This document shows, one piece after another, positions 1-9,719 of a stretch of DNA of 64,000 nucleotides. The notes under the pieces were generated by a model, which was not told the DNA's origin, did not search any database, and worked only from the letters and a program-made list of their open reading frames with translations. The stretch covers positions 4,960,001-5,024,000 of the forward strand of contig OZ250169.1 in assembly GCA_965237955.1 (NCBI GenBank), written 5' to 3'. Within the stretch, counting starts at the first letter, position 1. Every line of letters starts with the position of its first letter. A program made the position numbers and the translations under genes. Origin of the DNA: Candidatus Marinacidobacterales bacterium (GTDB lineage Bacteria > Acidobacteriota > Vicinamibacteria > Marinacidobacterales > SMYC01).

Positions 1-527
1 AGGCGCTGATCCACTGGGTACTTAGCCGACTTCGGCGGCGGCGGTCCTCCCTTGCCCCCCTTGCCCCCCTTACTCATGACACGCCGCATTTCTTGCTTCC
101 ATTCGCTCCAATCCTTACCGTCGATCCACATGTCCCTCAGCTTCAGCCAGAACGTTGCGTGGACGATGTGAAAGATGATCGTGGCGATAAACGCGAGACC
201 AGCAATCCAGTGAATGGCCAGCCAGTTGAACTGGATGCCCAGCACCGGGAAAAAACCAGTCACGAGGAGAACGAACACGGCAACGGTCATCACCCAGTGG
301 AACAGTCGCGACGAGACTGAGTGCCGGACGACCTTGTCGGGAATGCCCGCAACGGAAGCGTCCGTCACTGCGCCCTCCGCTTTTGCGGGCGGGTTCTTCG
401 CGCGATAGATGAGGTGTCCGATAACGAAAGCCGCCCCCACCGCCATGGAGAGCCAGAACAGATCCCATGAGATCCGGATGAGGGTTTCCTGACCCCAGGG
501 ATTCTGCGCCCACTGGAATATGCTCAT
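1..527 (-). CDS. Cytochrome b (formate dehydrogenase gamma/FdnI-like) membrane subunit, runs off window edge
   Basis: Not in ORF track (no stop in window). Manual translation from ATG 527: MSIFQWAQNPWGQ...VVRHSVSSRLFHWVMTVAVFVLLVTGFF...IHWIAGLAFIATIIFHIVH...KYPVDQR. R-x-x-H-W and H-W-x-x-G heme-ligand motifs lie in TM helices; start is 1 nt after the stop of the FAD subunit. Confidence 0.8.
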   Translation of the reverse strand, partial: MSIFQWAQNPWGQETLIRISWDLFWLSMAVGAAFVIGHLIYRAKNPPAKAEGAVTDASVAGIPDKVVRHSVSSRLFHWVMTVAVFVLLVTGFFPVLGIQFNWLAIHWIAGLAFIATIIFHIVHATFWLKLRDMWIDGKDWSEWKQEMRRVMSKGGKGGKGGPPPPKSAKYPVDQR

Positions 528-528
528 G

Positions 529-1533
529 CTAGGCTCCCTGGATGGCGCGCTTCACGAGATTCCGCATGAGCGGGATCTTGTACGCGTTGTGCTGAAGCGG
601 ACGGTTGCCGAGAATCGCGAGCTCACCGGCAGCCTTGCCGACGTCCTCGGTCGCTGAGAGTCCCTTCAGCTGGCGCTCCACATCACGGAGACGAAGCGGC
701 CGCGGCCCGACAGCGTTCACCACGATACGAATGTCCTCGATCGTGTTGCCGGAAAGTTTCATCGCGGACGAAACGCTCACGAGCGCGAAGTCCCACGCCT
801 GCCGATCCCGGACTTTCTCGAAGTAGAACCGCGCACCTCCCCACGTGCCGGGAATACGGATCGACGTCAGGAGGTCACCAGGCTCGAGGATGGTCATGCG
901 GGTGATGTCGATTGCCGGTGTGATGAAATAGTCTTCGGCGTCGACGACCTTCTCGCCGCCCGGACCCTGGATGACGAACTTTGCGTCGAGGGCGATGAGC
1001 GCCGGAGCGGTATCGGACGGGTTGACAGCCACGCAGCGGTTCGCCTCGAACAGCGCGTGCTCGCGGTTGATGGAGGTCGGTGTATCAGCGTAGCAAATAT
1101 TGCCACCCGCTCGATAGCAGGGCCAGCCGCCACGGTAGTACCAGCAGCGCGTGTCCTGCGAGACATTGCCGCCGATCGTTCCCTGGTTTCGGATCTGCGG
1201 CGTCGCCACCTTGGAGGCCGCGTCGGACAAAAGCCCGAATCTGGACTGGATGCCGGCGTGAGCAGCCACCTCGGTGAGCGTCGTCATCGCGCCGATCTCG
1301 ACGCCGTCTTCGAGGTCAGGGACGTCACGGATACCGCGAAGCTCTTCGATGCCGCCGAGGTCGATGACGGCATCGGGTCGCTTGATGCGATCCTTGAACC
1401 AGTCGAGGCTGTCGAGCCCACCCGCGTATGCCCAGGAGGCTTTGCCGTAGCGGCGCTTGAGCGCCAGGGCGTCTTCGAGGCTCGAAGGCTGAAAGAGCTC
1501 GAAGGCTGGAATCGTGTCACGGATCACGGCCAT
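529..1533 (-). CDS. Xanthine dehydrogenase family FAD-binding subunit (PaoB/YagS type, with 4Fe-4S insert)
   Basis: AGGLD, QIRNQGTIGGN, CWYYR..C....C...HA.F....C...NPSDTAPAL, KVRDRQAWDFALVS motifs. Confidence 0.92.
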   Translation of the reverse strand: MAVIRDTIPAFELFQPSSLEDALALKRRYGKASWAYAGGLDSLDWFKDRIKRPDAVIDLGGIEELRGIRDVPDLEDGVEIGAMTTLTEVAAHAGIQSRFGLLSDAASKVATPQIRNQGTIGGNVSQDTRCWYYRGGWPCYRAGGNICYADTPTSINREHALFEANRCVAVNPSDTAPALIALDAKFVIQGPGGEKVVDAEDYFITPAIDITRMTILEPGDLLTSIRIPGTWGGARFYFEKVRDRQAWDFALVSVSSAMKLSGNTIEDIRIVVNAVGPRPLRLRDVERQLKGLSATEDVGKAAGELAILGNRPLQHNAYKIPLMRNLVKRAIQGA

Positions 1534-1545
1534 TGCATTTCCTCC

Positions 1546-3951
1546 TTAGACGTCGGTCTCGAGGACCTTGATGGGCTGCGGCCTGTTCTCGAGCTGATTC
1601 AGAATCAAGTCGGTCGTCATCGGTGAGCGCTTGAGGTCGAACTCACCGATAGCGTCCTGGATGGCGCACAGAACAGCCGCGACGCCGGCACCGAACGGTG
1701 CCTCGCCGATGCCTTTGGCGCCGACAGGATTTTGCGGATCGGGCAACTCGACCGCGCCCGCCTTCATATCGAGCGGAACATCCAGTATGGACGGCGGCTT
1801 CGCGGTGTAGAGCCGTTGCGTGAACGGTACGCCCCATTTCGGGTCGTACACCCACTTTTGGCTCCGGGCGAGTCCAAAACCCTGGATGCCGCCGCCCAGG
1901 ATCTGGGCGCTCAGGCCTCTTGGGTTCAAGACGCTGCCGGTGTCGCATACAGCGGTGTAGTGCTGGATGTCGACGCCACCGGTCTCACGGTCGACTTCGA
2001 CCTTGGCGACGCCGACCACGAAGGACCAGAGGTCACCCTCGCCGCCGTAGTTGTCCTTGGCGGCGCCCATGACGCCTTGTCCGGCCAGCCCGGCTGCGGC
2101 CGCCTTGGTCCAGTTGTTCAAGTCCTCGGCCACCTCGTGCCCGTCGAACGTGCCACCAAGCTCGATCGCGCGCGCGGCCGCACGGGCCAGTGTCATGCCG
2201 CTCGCGCGGTTACCTTTGCGGTGCACGCGACCACCGGACACATCGTAGCTGTCCGGCGACCCACCGAGGTCTTTGGCCGCGATCTCCTGGAGATTTTTCT
2301 TGAGCGCGGTTGCGGCCGCGTGGTTGGCGCGCGTGTGAGCATGGGTCGTCTGGCTTCCTGCCTGGCTGGCCGAGTGGGGGAGATGTTTGCCGGTGTTACC
2401 CCACACGACCACGGTGTCTTCCCAAGGGATGTCGAGCACGTCGCACGCCACGCGCGCCGTGTCGAAGGTCGAGTGGGTCCCGAGGTTGCCGATACCTTGA
2501 TGGACGTAGAGCTTTCCATCCGGCCTGATGACCATCAGACCGTCGAAGCCGCGGCTTCCGGCCACGTAGGACGACAGCGCGACGCCGACGCCGGTAACTT
2601 TGCTGCCGTTCGTCTTGCCGCTTTCCTGCTTGAGCTCTTCCCAGTTCACCATCTCACGGGCTTTGTCGAAAGTCTCACGGACGTAGGCGGAGGTGACGTG
2701 GTGCTGGTTCGAGCCGTACACGGTGTCGTTGTCGGGCGCGTTGATCTTCCGGATCTCGATGCGGTCGAGGTTGAGCTCCTTCGCCGCCTTGTCAATCACC
2801 GGTTCGACCATCGCCGTTATCTGGACACCACCCGGTGCTCTCTGCGCTGCCCGCGTGGGCGTGTTGGTGAGAATCGAGATACCGCGGAAGCGCATGTTGA
2901 GCGGCGTGTAGTTGAGCGACACGCACCGGCTGGCGCTCTGGAAATCTCCGGAGCGTCCGTACCCGCCGTTGTCCTGGATGATGTACATGTCGATCGCGGT
3001 GATACGGCCGTCGGCCCTGAAGCCCATCTTGATGCGGCCTTGGAAGCCCGGTCGTGCACGACCGTAAGCGTTTTCTTCCTCCCGGGTCACACGATGCATG
3101 ACCGGCCGGCCCGCCTTCTTCGACAACAGGGCAGCGATGGCCATGTTCACCGTGCCGCCGATCTTGCTCCCGAATCCGCCGCCGCAGTACTCGGCGATGA
3201 GCACTACCTGCGTCGGGTCGATACCGACTTGTTGGGCGACACGGCTAGCGGTGCGCTGTGTGCTCTGGGTCGACGGGTGGACGTAGAGCTTGTCGTTTTG
3301 CCAGTACGCCATGCAGCTTCTTGTCTCGAGCGGGTGATGTGTCTGCGACTGGTGGTAGAGGGTTTCGTCGAGGACGAGGTCGGCCTCTTCGAAGCCTTGC
3401 GCCACGTCGCCGAGCTCGAACTCTTCCTCGGGCTGACCCATGGGCATGTCTTCGCCGGCGTCGCTGAAGTCCTGCGCCGTCCACTTGATCTCGACGACCT
3501 CTTTCCTGTCCTTGACGGTGTTACCGCCTTCCCGTGCGTTCGGGCCACCAGGACGAAGGCTGTCGAGCGGGTTGATCACGAAAGGCAGAGGCTCGTAATC
3601 GACTTTGATCGCTTCGATGGCGTTGGCGGCGGTTTCCTCGTCTACCGCGGCGACGGCGAGGATGGGCTCGCCCTGGTACATCGGCTCCATGGTGAGAGCG
3701 CGATCGCTACCGATGAGGTTGTCGGTCTCCGGCAAGTCGTCGGCAGTGATGATGGCCTCGACACCTTTCATCCTTTCGGCGGCGCGGGTGTCGATGTTGC
3801 GGACACGTGCGTGAGGCATGGGGCTCATGAGAAGTCTCGTCATGAGCATGCCCTCGGCCCGGAAATCTTCCGCATACTTCGCCTTTCCCGTCATCTTCGC
3901 GACGAGATCCGGCGCGGAGTAGTCGGTTCCGAACAGTTTTCCGTTGGCCAC
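1546..3951 (-). CDS. Xanthine dehydrogenase family molybdopterin-binding subunit
   Basis: TGKAKYAED, GGGFGSK, RAPG and GAKGIGE (catalytic Glu) motifs; 801 aa. Confidence 0.93.
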   Translation of the reverse strand: MANGKLFGTDYSAPDLVAKMTGKAKYAEDFRAEGMLMTRLLMSPMPHARVRNIDTRAAERMKGVEAIITADDLPETDNLIGSDRALTMEPMYQGEPILAVAAVDEETAANAIEAIKVDYEPLPFVINPLDSLRPGGPNAREGGNTVKDRKEVVEIKWTAQDFSDAGEDMPMGQPEEEFELGDVAQGFEEADLVLDETLYHQSQTHHPLETRSCMAYWQNDKLYVHPSTQSTQRTASRVAQQVGIDPTQVVLIAEYCGGGFGSKIGGTVNMAIAALLSKKAGRPVMHRVTREEENAYGRARPGFQGRIKMGFRADGRITAIDMYIIQDNGGYGRSGDFQSASRCVSLNYTPLNMRFRGISILTNTPTRAAQRAPGGVQITAMVEPVIDKAAKELNLDRIEIRKINAPDNDTVYGSNQHHVTSAYVRETFDKAREMVNWEELKQESGKTNGSKVTGVGVALSSYVAGSRGFDGLMVIRPDGKLYVHQGIGNLGTHSTFDTARVACDVLDIPWEDTVVVWGNTGKHLPHSASQAGSQTTHAHTRANHAAATALKKNLQEIAAKDLGGSPDSYDVSGGRVHRKGNRASGMTLARAAARAIELGGTFDGHEVAEDLNNWTKAAAAGLAGQGVMGAAKDNYGGEGDLWSFVVGVAKVEVDRETGGVDIQHYTAVCDTGSVLNPRGLSAQILGGGIQGFGLARSQKWVYDPKWGVPFTQRLYTAKPPSILDVPLDMKAGAVELPDPQNPVGAKGIGEAPFGAGVAAVLCAIQDAIGEFDLKRSPMTTDLILNQLENRPQPIKVLETDV

Positions 3952-3952
3952 G

Positions 3953-4588
3953 TTAACCCCTCCGCGAATAGTCGGCCGCGCTCACCGCGCAGTCGAGAAT
4001 CTTGTTGTAGTCGCAGCACCGGCAAAGGTTGCCCGCGAGGGCCTCGGCCGCTTCCGCGCGCGTGGGACTGTGGTTCGCATCGACCATCGCCACCATGCTC
4101 ATGATGAACCCGGGCGCGCAGAAGGCGCACTGGAAGCCCGCTCCGTCGACGACGGCTTGTTGCACGGGATGGAGAGTGCCGTCCGCGTCTTGGAGGCCTT
4201 CGATCGTCGTCACTTCACGACCGCGAACGCTGTGCGTGAGCACGGAGCACGCGTAATGAGTCGTGCCATCGAGAAGCACGGTGCAACTACCGCACTCGGC
4301 TCGATCGCAACCCATCTTGGTGCCGGTAAGCCCGAGCTTGTAACGAAGCGTCGTGGTCAGCGTCTCTTGTTTCAAAACGTCGACGCGGCGGTCCTGGCCG
4401 TTCACGCGCAGCGTGATAAGCCGTTCGACAGCGCCGGGCGCACCCGATTGGGCGTGAGCGACGCCCGCGCGGAAGAGATAGCCGGCGGAGTACGTCGCTG
4501 CTCCTCCGGCGATGACGCCTTTGATGAAGTTGCGTCTCGAATAACTCTGGTCTTGATCTAATCTTGGCTCAAATTCTGTCTCTGCCAT
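3953..4588 (-). CDS. (2Fe-2S) small subunit with twin-arginine signal peptide
   Basis: SRRNFIK Tat motif and AHA cleavage site; GTKMGCDRAECGSC, QCAFCAPG and NLCRC motifs; SD AGGAG upstream of ATG 4588. Confidence 0.92.
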   Translation of the reverse strand: MAETEFEPRLDQDQSYSRRNFIKGVIAGGAATYSAGYLFRAGVAHAQSGAPGAVERLITLRVNGQDRRVDVLKQETLTTTLRYKLGLTGTKMGCDRAECGSCTVLLDGTTHYACSVLTHSVRGREVTTIEGLQDADGTLHPVQQAVVDGAGFQCAFCAPGFIMSMVAMVDANHSPTRAEAAEALAGNLCRCCDYNKILDCAVSAADYSRRG

Positions 4589-4688
4589 GGGAAGGTCACC
4601 TCTCCTTCGATACACGAAGGGCGTGCGAAAAGTGGTTCTAGGGTGCGCGGCCCCTAGCTCCGTGCTCCAAATACGTGGTTGGGAATAT

Positions 4689-4708
4689 CACAACATAGAG
4701 TGGTTGTG
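4689..4708. promoter_or_regulatory. Palindromic candidate operator CACAAC-N8-GTTGTG
   Basis: Perfect 6-bp inverted repeat in the AT-richer divergent promoter region upstream of the molybdoenzyme operon. Confidence 0.35.
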
Positions 4709-4775
4709 CAAGTGCCGAGCATACTCTGGCTTGCGGTTCTGTCTGGCCGACAATAGACTGTTACCCGAGCGCGCC

Positions 4776-5240
4776 GTGTACTCACTCTACGCTTTGTTGG
4801 GACGTACCAACGACTTGGAGCCGAAGCCGCAGTCGTTCACGAGTGCCCGCTGCCTGCGCCTGGGCGGTGGGCTCAGCATGGTTCCGCTCGCCGAAGACCT
4901 CCTTGCGGAGATACAGAAGGCGGGGGCGGCCCCGGGTGGGGCCAGTGTCGCCGGGGCGTTCGAGTTTCTTTCCCCGGGAATCGAAGCGTGGGTCCAGGCG
5001 CTTTCGGCGGGCACCGCGCTCGCGTACATCGAGACCGAGTATGTCGGGGGTGAAGGTTTCGAGCGCGCGGGTGTGTGGAGCCACGGCAAGATAGCACTCG
5101 GCCCCCTCGATGGAGCAGGCTCGATCAACCAGGCGCTTCGTGCCCTGGGAGTCCAGCCAGCCCCGGGAATCGAAGAGTTCGAGCTCGTCGGCCTCGGTCG
5201 CTATCGAAGCCTGGACGAGTGGCATCAGGACGCCGGCTGA
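4776..5240 (+). CDS. Hypothetical protein
   Basis: Coding-like part of ORF 4587..5240 from GTG 4776 (MYSLYALLGR...AYIETEYVGGEG...INQALRALG). Confidence 0.6.
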   Translation: MYSLYALLGRTNDLEPKPQSFTSARCLRLGGGLSMVPLAEDLLAEIQKAGAAPGGASVAGAFEFLSPGIEAWVQALSAGTALAYIETEYVGGEGFERAGVWSHGKIALGPLDGAGSINQALRALGVQPAPGIEEFELVGLGRYRSLDEWHQDAG

Positions 5241-5666
5241 TCAGACTCCGTGTAGAGCCACGCGCCCGCGACCGTCGCGAGGGTGACCTCGACCAGGCTC
5301 CACACGGTCGCGATCACAAGGAGATTCATGGGAAACCAGCCCATCGCCATGAAACTGATGTTCGGGACAAGCCACCCCAGAGCCCAGACCGTGAGGCCGG
5401 CGCAGGCGGCGGTCTTCGCTCCTGGGCCGAAACGCGGGCGGATGGCCGCATACAGCCACACCGCCAAGATCCCGACGGCGAAACCCATGATCACGAAAAT
5501 CATGATGGCGCCTGAGCCAGGGGGCTCCTGGTTCATGCCTGCCATGACTTCCTTGAGCTCGGCGCCCAGAATCGGCTCGTTCAGAATGAACTCTCCAATA
5601 TTGATGATGAGACCGGCCAGGAGACCGCCTCCGAACAACGCGTGCCCAATTGATATTGTCCTTCAC
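5225..5666 (-). CDS. Four-TM membrane protein (frameshift near 5640)
   Basis: MKDNINWARV in one frame joins LFGGGLLAGLIIN...LYAAIRPRFGPGAKTA in another; hydrophobic helices. Confidence 0.7.
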
Positions 5667-5778
5667 AGCTCACCTCCTACAGTGGGCGGCATTCTAATAC
5701 GCAATTGGCTTCGCCGCCGAGTTCACGCTATAGTCCGCGCGGTTCGGGTTCGGGTTCAATCAATGAAAGCGAGGCTCG

Positions 5779-6399
5779 ATGCGAAAACTGTGCTTGCTCT
5801 GGATCGTGTTCTTCGTTGCGGGAATCGCCACAGATGATGCTCACGCCGAGAGCGCGCTCACGGTCTTCGGCGGCGCCAACATCGGCGGCGATCTCAGCCT
5901 CCTGACCGATGGCGGCAACCTCGACCTCGCGACGTCGATCAAGAACAGCCCGATTTTCGGCATGCGCGTCGGCTCGTACGGCTTTCCCATCGGCTTCGAA
6001 GGGAGCTTGACCTACAGCCCATCTGCGCTCATCGGTGGCATCAACGATCAACTCGACATCAAGACCAACATTCTCTATGTCGAAGCGAATGCTCTCGTGA
6101 TCATCCTTCCGGGGCCAATTGCGCCTTTCGTCACTGGTGGCATCGGCGTTCATTACTTGAACTTCGATCTCGCCGACTTGACGACGACGAGCCAGACGAA
6201 GTTCGGTTGGAATCTCGGAGGCGGGTTGAAAATCAACGTCGCGCGGGTCGCGTTTCGAGTGGACATCCGCGACCACATCACGACGCTAGGCCTCAGCGAC
6301 TTCGGGCTCGGTATCATCGGCGACATCCTCGGTTTGGCGAGCACCGACGCACGCGTCCATAACGTCGAGCTCTCGTTCGGCGTCGGCATCCGCTTTTAG
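5779..6399 (+). CDS. Outer membrane beta-barrel protein
   Basis: Signal peptide (AHA), alternating beta-strand pattern, PFVTGGIG, FGWNLGGG, C-terminal GVGIRF. Confidence 0.85.
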   Translation: MRKLCLLWIVFFVAGIATDDAHAESALTVFGGANIGGDLSLLTDGGNLDLATSIKNSPIFGMRVGSYGFPIGFEGSLTYSPSALIGGINDQLDIKTNILYVEANALVIILPGPIAPFVTGGIGVHYLNFDLADLTTTSQTKFGWNLGGGLKINVARVAFRVDIRDHITTLGLSDFGLGIIGDILGLASTDARVHNVELSFGVGIRF

Positions 6400-6409
6400 A
6401 TCCTTTTTT

Positions 6410-6492
6410 AACGCAAAGGCGCAAAGGCGCAGAGACGCAAAGTCCATAAGGTCGCTTTTCTTTGCGCTTTTGCGCCCTTGCGCCTTTGCGTT
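6410..6492. repeat. Palindromic extragenic element of 4 x CGCAAAGG-like octamers and 4 inverted copies
   Basis: aaCGCAAAGG CGCAAAGG CGCAGAGA CGCAAAG, 17-nt loop, then CTTTGCG CTTTTGCG CCCTTGCG CCTTTGCGtt. Confidence 0.85.
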
Positions 6493-6854
6493 TCGTTTTT
6501 CCAGCGTTTCGAGTCGTGGTGTTTTTCCCTCGATTCGGCGGGGTAGATCGGCCGCGCTTTGAGTCACGGTAACGGCACGCTACTTCGTCTACAGTATTCC
6601 CATGGTGATCGAACAAAACCCCAACGTCATTCCTCAACCGAGTGGAGTGGTCCCGCCGTCCCCAACGGCGGGGCGTTCCTCCTAAACTGCATTCGAACCA
6701 ACGCGCCCGCGCTCCTCGCGCGGGCTAGCCCTCCGCTCGACTTCGCTCGCTGCGGAAGGCGGCCCACCACAACGGCCAATTTCGCAGTCACTTACAGGCC
6801 TCGGCGTCTGATTTTGCTATAATCCGTGCGCTTGCCGGCCCAATAAATGCCAAA

Positions 6855-7838
6855 ATGACTGGAATCGAAGCCATCAACGATCGTGTCAAAGAAGAGGCGG
6901 TCTTCGTCGACACCCTGTTGACGGAGCTCCGCAAAGTCATCGTCGGCCAACAGGACATGCTCGATCGCATGCTGATTGGCCTCTTGAGCCGGGGTCATGT
7001 GCTCCTTGAGGGCGTCCCCGGGCTCGCCAAGACCCTGGCGGTCCGGAGCTTGGCTGACGCCATCCACGCCCAGTTCCAAAGAATCCAGTTCACGCCCGAC
7101 CTGCTTCCGGCCGACCTCATCGGGACGCTCATCTACAACCAGAAAGAAGGCACGTTCGTCCCCAAGAAAGGGCCCATCTTCACGAATTTGCTGCTCGCGG
7201 ACGAGATCAACCGCGCGCCCGCCAAAGTGCAGAGCGCGCTCCTCGAAGCTATGCAAGAGCGCCAAGTCACGATTGGCGATACGACCTACCCGCTCGACGA
7301 GCCCTTTCTCGTGCTGGCAACGCAAAACCCCATCGAACAAGAAGGCACGTACCCTCTCCCCGAAGCGCAGGTCGATCGATTCATGCTCAAGCTCAAGATC
7401 GACTATCCGAACCGCAAGGACGAGCGCGAGATCCTCGAGCGGATGTCGACCGAGGATCAGCCGCGCGCCGATCGTGTCGTAGAAGCGGAAGAGATTCTCA
7501 AAGCGCGCAAGGTCGTCGATGACGTCTACATGGACGATCGCGTCAAGGAATACATCCTCGAGATCGTCTTTGCGACGAGAAATCCAGATGAGTTCGGGCT
7601 CGATATTGCTCCGCTCATCGAGTTCGGCGCTTCGCCCCGGGCGACGCTCTTTCTCGCGCAAGCCTCCCGAGCACACGCGTTCATCCGTCGACGTGGTTAC
7701 GTTACGCCCGAGGACGTCAAGTCCATTGGACCCGATGTGTTGCGCCACCGCGTGATCCTCTCCTACGAAGCCGAGGCCGAGAACATCAAGCCCGAAGAAA
7801 TCATCCAGCGTATTTTCGACACGGTGGAGGTGCCGTAG
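6855..7838 (+). CDS. moxR: MoxR family AAA+ ATPase
   Basis: GHVLLEGVPGLAKT, RIQFTPDLLPAD, LLADEINRAPAKVQSALLEAMQE, ATQNPIEQEGTYPLPEAQVDRF. Confidence 0.96.
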   Translation: MTGIEAINDRVKEEAVFVDTLLTELRKVIVGQQDMLDRMLIGLLSRGHVLLEGVPGLAKTLAVRSLADAIHAQFQRIQFTPDLLPADLIGTLIYNQKEGTFVPKKGPIFTNLLLADEINRAPAKVQSALLEAMQERQVTIGDTTYPLDEPFLVLATQNPIEQEGTYPLPEAQVDRFMLKLKIDYPNRKDEREILERMSTEDQPRADRVVEAEEILKARKVVDDVYMDDRVKEYILEIVFATRNPDEFGLDIAPLIEFGASPRATLFLAQASRAHAFIRRRGYVTPEDVKSIGPDVLRHRVILSYEAEAENIKPEEIIQRIFDTVEVP

Positions 7839-7902
7839 TGTCGCGTACGGCGTGCCGCCATCGGCCATCGGCCGTCACCCATCAGCTCGTGTAATCCACT
7901 CC

Positions 7903-8784
7903 ATGCTTCCTCGAGAAGTCATCGAAAAAGTTCGGCGCATCGAGATCAAGACCCGCCGCATGGTCACCGACGCCCTCGCGGGTGAGTACCACAGCATCTT
8001 CAAAGGCCGCGGCATGGAGTTCTCCGAAGTCCGCGAGTACCAGATGGGCGACGACATCCGCACCATCGACTGGAACGTCACGTCGCGCACCGGAAACCTC
8101 CACGTCAAGAAATTCACCGAAGAGCGTGAGCTCACGGTGTTGCTCGTGCTCGACGTCAGCGGATCTTCCGATTTCGGCACCCACGCCCACTTCAAGCGCG
8201 AAGTTGCCGCCGAAATGGGAGCGCTCCTCGCGTTCAGCGCCATCAAGAACAACGATCGCGTCGGCGCCATCGTGTTCACGAGCGAGGTCGAGATGTACAT
8301 CCCTCCTCGTAAGGGACGCGCTCACGTCCTTCGCGTCATCCGCGACCTGCTCTACTTCGAGCCGAAGGGCAAAGGAACCAACCTCGCCCACGCGTGCGAG
8401 TACTTGAACCGCATCACCCGAAAGCGCGCCGTCGTTTTCGTGCTTTCGGATTTCATGGACTCGAAGTTCGAAAAGCCACTTCGAGTGGCCGCGAAGAAAC
8501 ACGACCTGATCTCGATCTTCATCTCGGATCCGCGCGAGAGTGAGTTCCTCCCCGTTGGCCTCGTGGAGCTGCAGGACGCCGAGACCGGGCAGAAAATTGT
8601 GCTCGACACCTCCGATCGCAACGCGATGGCTGCGTATCGCGAAACTGTCGAGGCGCATCGGACGGACCAGCAGGCGGCGCTCGCCAGCATGGGCGTCGAT
8701 CTCATCGACATCCACACTGACGTTCCCTATGACAAACCGCTGCTTCGGTTCTTCGAGATGCGGGCGAGAAGGCTTCGACGATGA
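7903..8784 (+). CDS. DUF58 domain protein
   Basis: GMEFSEVREYQMGDDIRTIDWNVT, LDVSGS; follows moxR. Confidence 0.93.
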   Translation: MLPREVIEKVRRIEIKTRRMVTDALAGEYHSIFKGRGMEFSEVREYQMGDDIRTIDWNVTSRTGNLHVKKFTEERELTVLLVLDVSGSSDFGTHAHFKREVAAEMGALLAFSAIKNNDRVGAIVFTSEVEMYIPPRKGRAHVLRVIRDLLYFEPKGKGTNLAHACEYLNRITRKRAVVFVLSDFMDSKFEKPLRVAAKKHDLISIFISDPRESEFLPVGLVELQDAETGQKIVLDTSDRNAMAAYRETVEAHRTDQQAALASMGVDLIDIHTDVPYDKPLLRFFEMRARRLRR

Positions 8785-9719
8785 AGCGAGCTGCCCTCTT
8801 CGTATCGGCTCTCGTTTGGTTGGCCGGCTGCACTCGCGAAAACGCGCCCGAGATTCCCGAAGGTCCGGTGGAGTGGTCCGTATCTGCATCGAGTACGAGC
8901 CCTGAAGTGCAGGTCGGTGACGACTTCACGTTCACGCTCGCGTTGACGCACCCTCCGGAAGGTGACTTCGTCCCTCCGTCGGAAGTCGATTTCGAGCCTT
9001 TCGATGTTCTCGAGACGTGGACCGAGGAAGTTTCCCCCGTCGAGACAAGGCTTCATTTCCGGCTCGCCGCGTACCAGCTTCCCGAGGAGCTCGAAGTGGC
9101 GCCGCTCACGATCCGCTACCGTGACGAGGCCGGTGAGATGGCGAGAGTCGAGAGCGAGCCCGTCGCGGTTCGGGTGGTGACGTCGTTGACCCCGGATGTG
9201 ACCGATATCCACGACATCAAAGACCCCATGGTGCTCGAGGTCCCCCGGGATTGGAGCTTGCTGTTGTGGCTCTTCCTCGCGCTTCTCGCGAGCCTCGTCG
9301 CCTACCTTATTTATAGAAAGCTCCGGAAAGACACCGAGGACGAGGCTGCCCCTGCCTGGGTACCGCCGCCGCGGCCCCCGCACGAAGAGGCCGAAGCCGC
9401 TCTGGCGCGTCTCGCCGAGAAGGGTTTGATCGAAAAGGGCGAGATCGCGCTCTTCTACACGGAACTGACCGACATCATGAAGCGTTATGCGGGTAGGCGG
9501 TTCGTGGTGCCTTATCTCGAGAGAACCACCGAGGAGGTTTTGTCGGATCTGGCCGCCAAACAGGTCTCGACACCGCCGCTGCGCGCTATTCTGGAAATCG
9601 CTGATCTCGTGAAATTCGCGAAGCAGATGCCAGGACAGCAACAAGGCCGCTCGTCGTTGACCATGGCGTTGGACCTCGTGCGCGACACGCGGCCGCCGGC
9701 GCTCGAGGCGACGTCATGA
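8781..9719 (+). CDS. Bat-operon accessory lipoprotein/membrane protein (DUF4381-like)
   Basis: Lipobox LAGC, DIHDIK before a TM helix, ERTTEE and ADLVKFAK motifs; position in the operon. Confidence 0.75.
   Translation: MKRAALFVSALVWLAGCTRENAPEIPEGPVEWSVSASSTSPEVQVGDDFTFTLALTHPPEGDFVPPSEVDFEPFDVLETWTEEVSPVETRLHFRLAAYQLPEELEVAPLTIRYRDEAGEMARVESEPVAVRVVTSLTPDVTDIHDIKDPMVLEVPRDWSLLLWLFLALLASLVAYLIYRKLRKDTEDEAAPAWVPPPRPPHEEAEAALARLAEKGLIEKGEIALFYTELTDIMKRYAGRRFVVPYLERTTEEVLSDLAAKQVSTPPLRAILEIADLVKFAKQMPGQQQGRSSLTMALDLVRDTRPPALEATS

Noticed and set aside
1732-4104. Long antisense ORFs (also 47409-49028, 49077-50474, 58724-59908 and others)
   Set aside because: Shadow frames of well-supported genes in GC-rich DNA, with no recognisable motifs
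6410-6492. CRISPR array
   Set aside because: Octamer tandem/inverted repeat without spacers; no cas genes in the window
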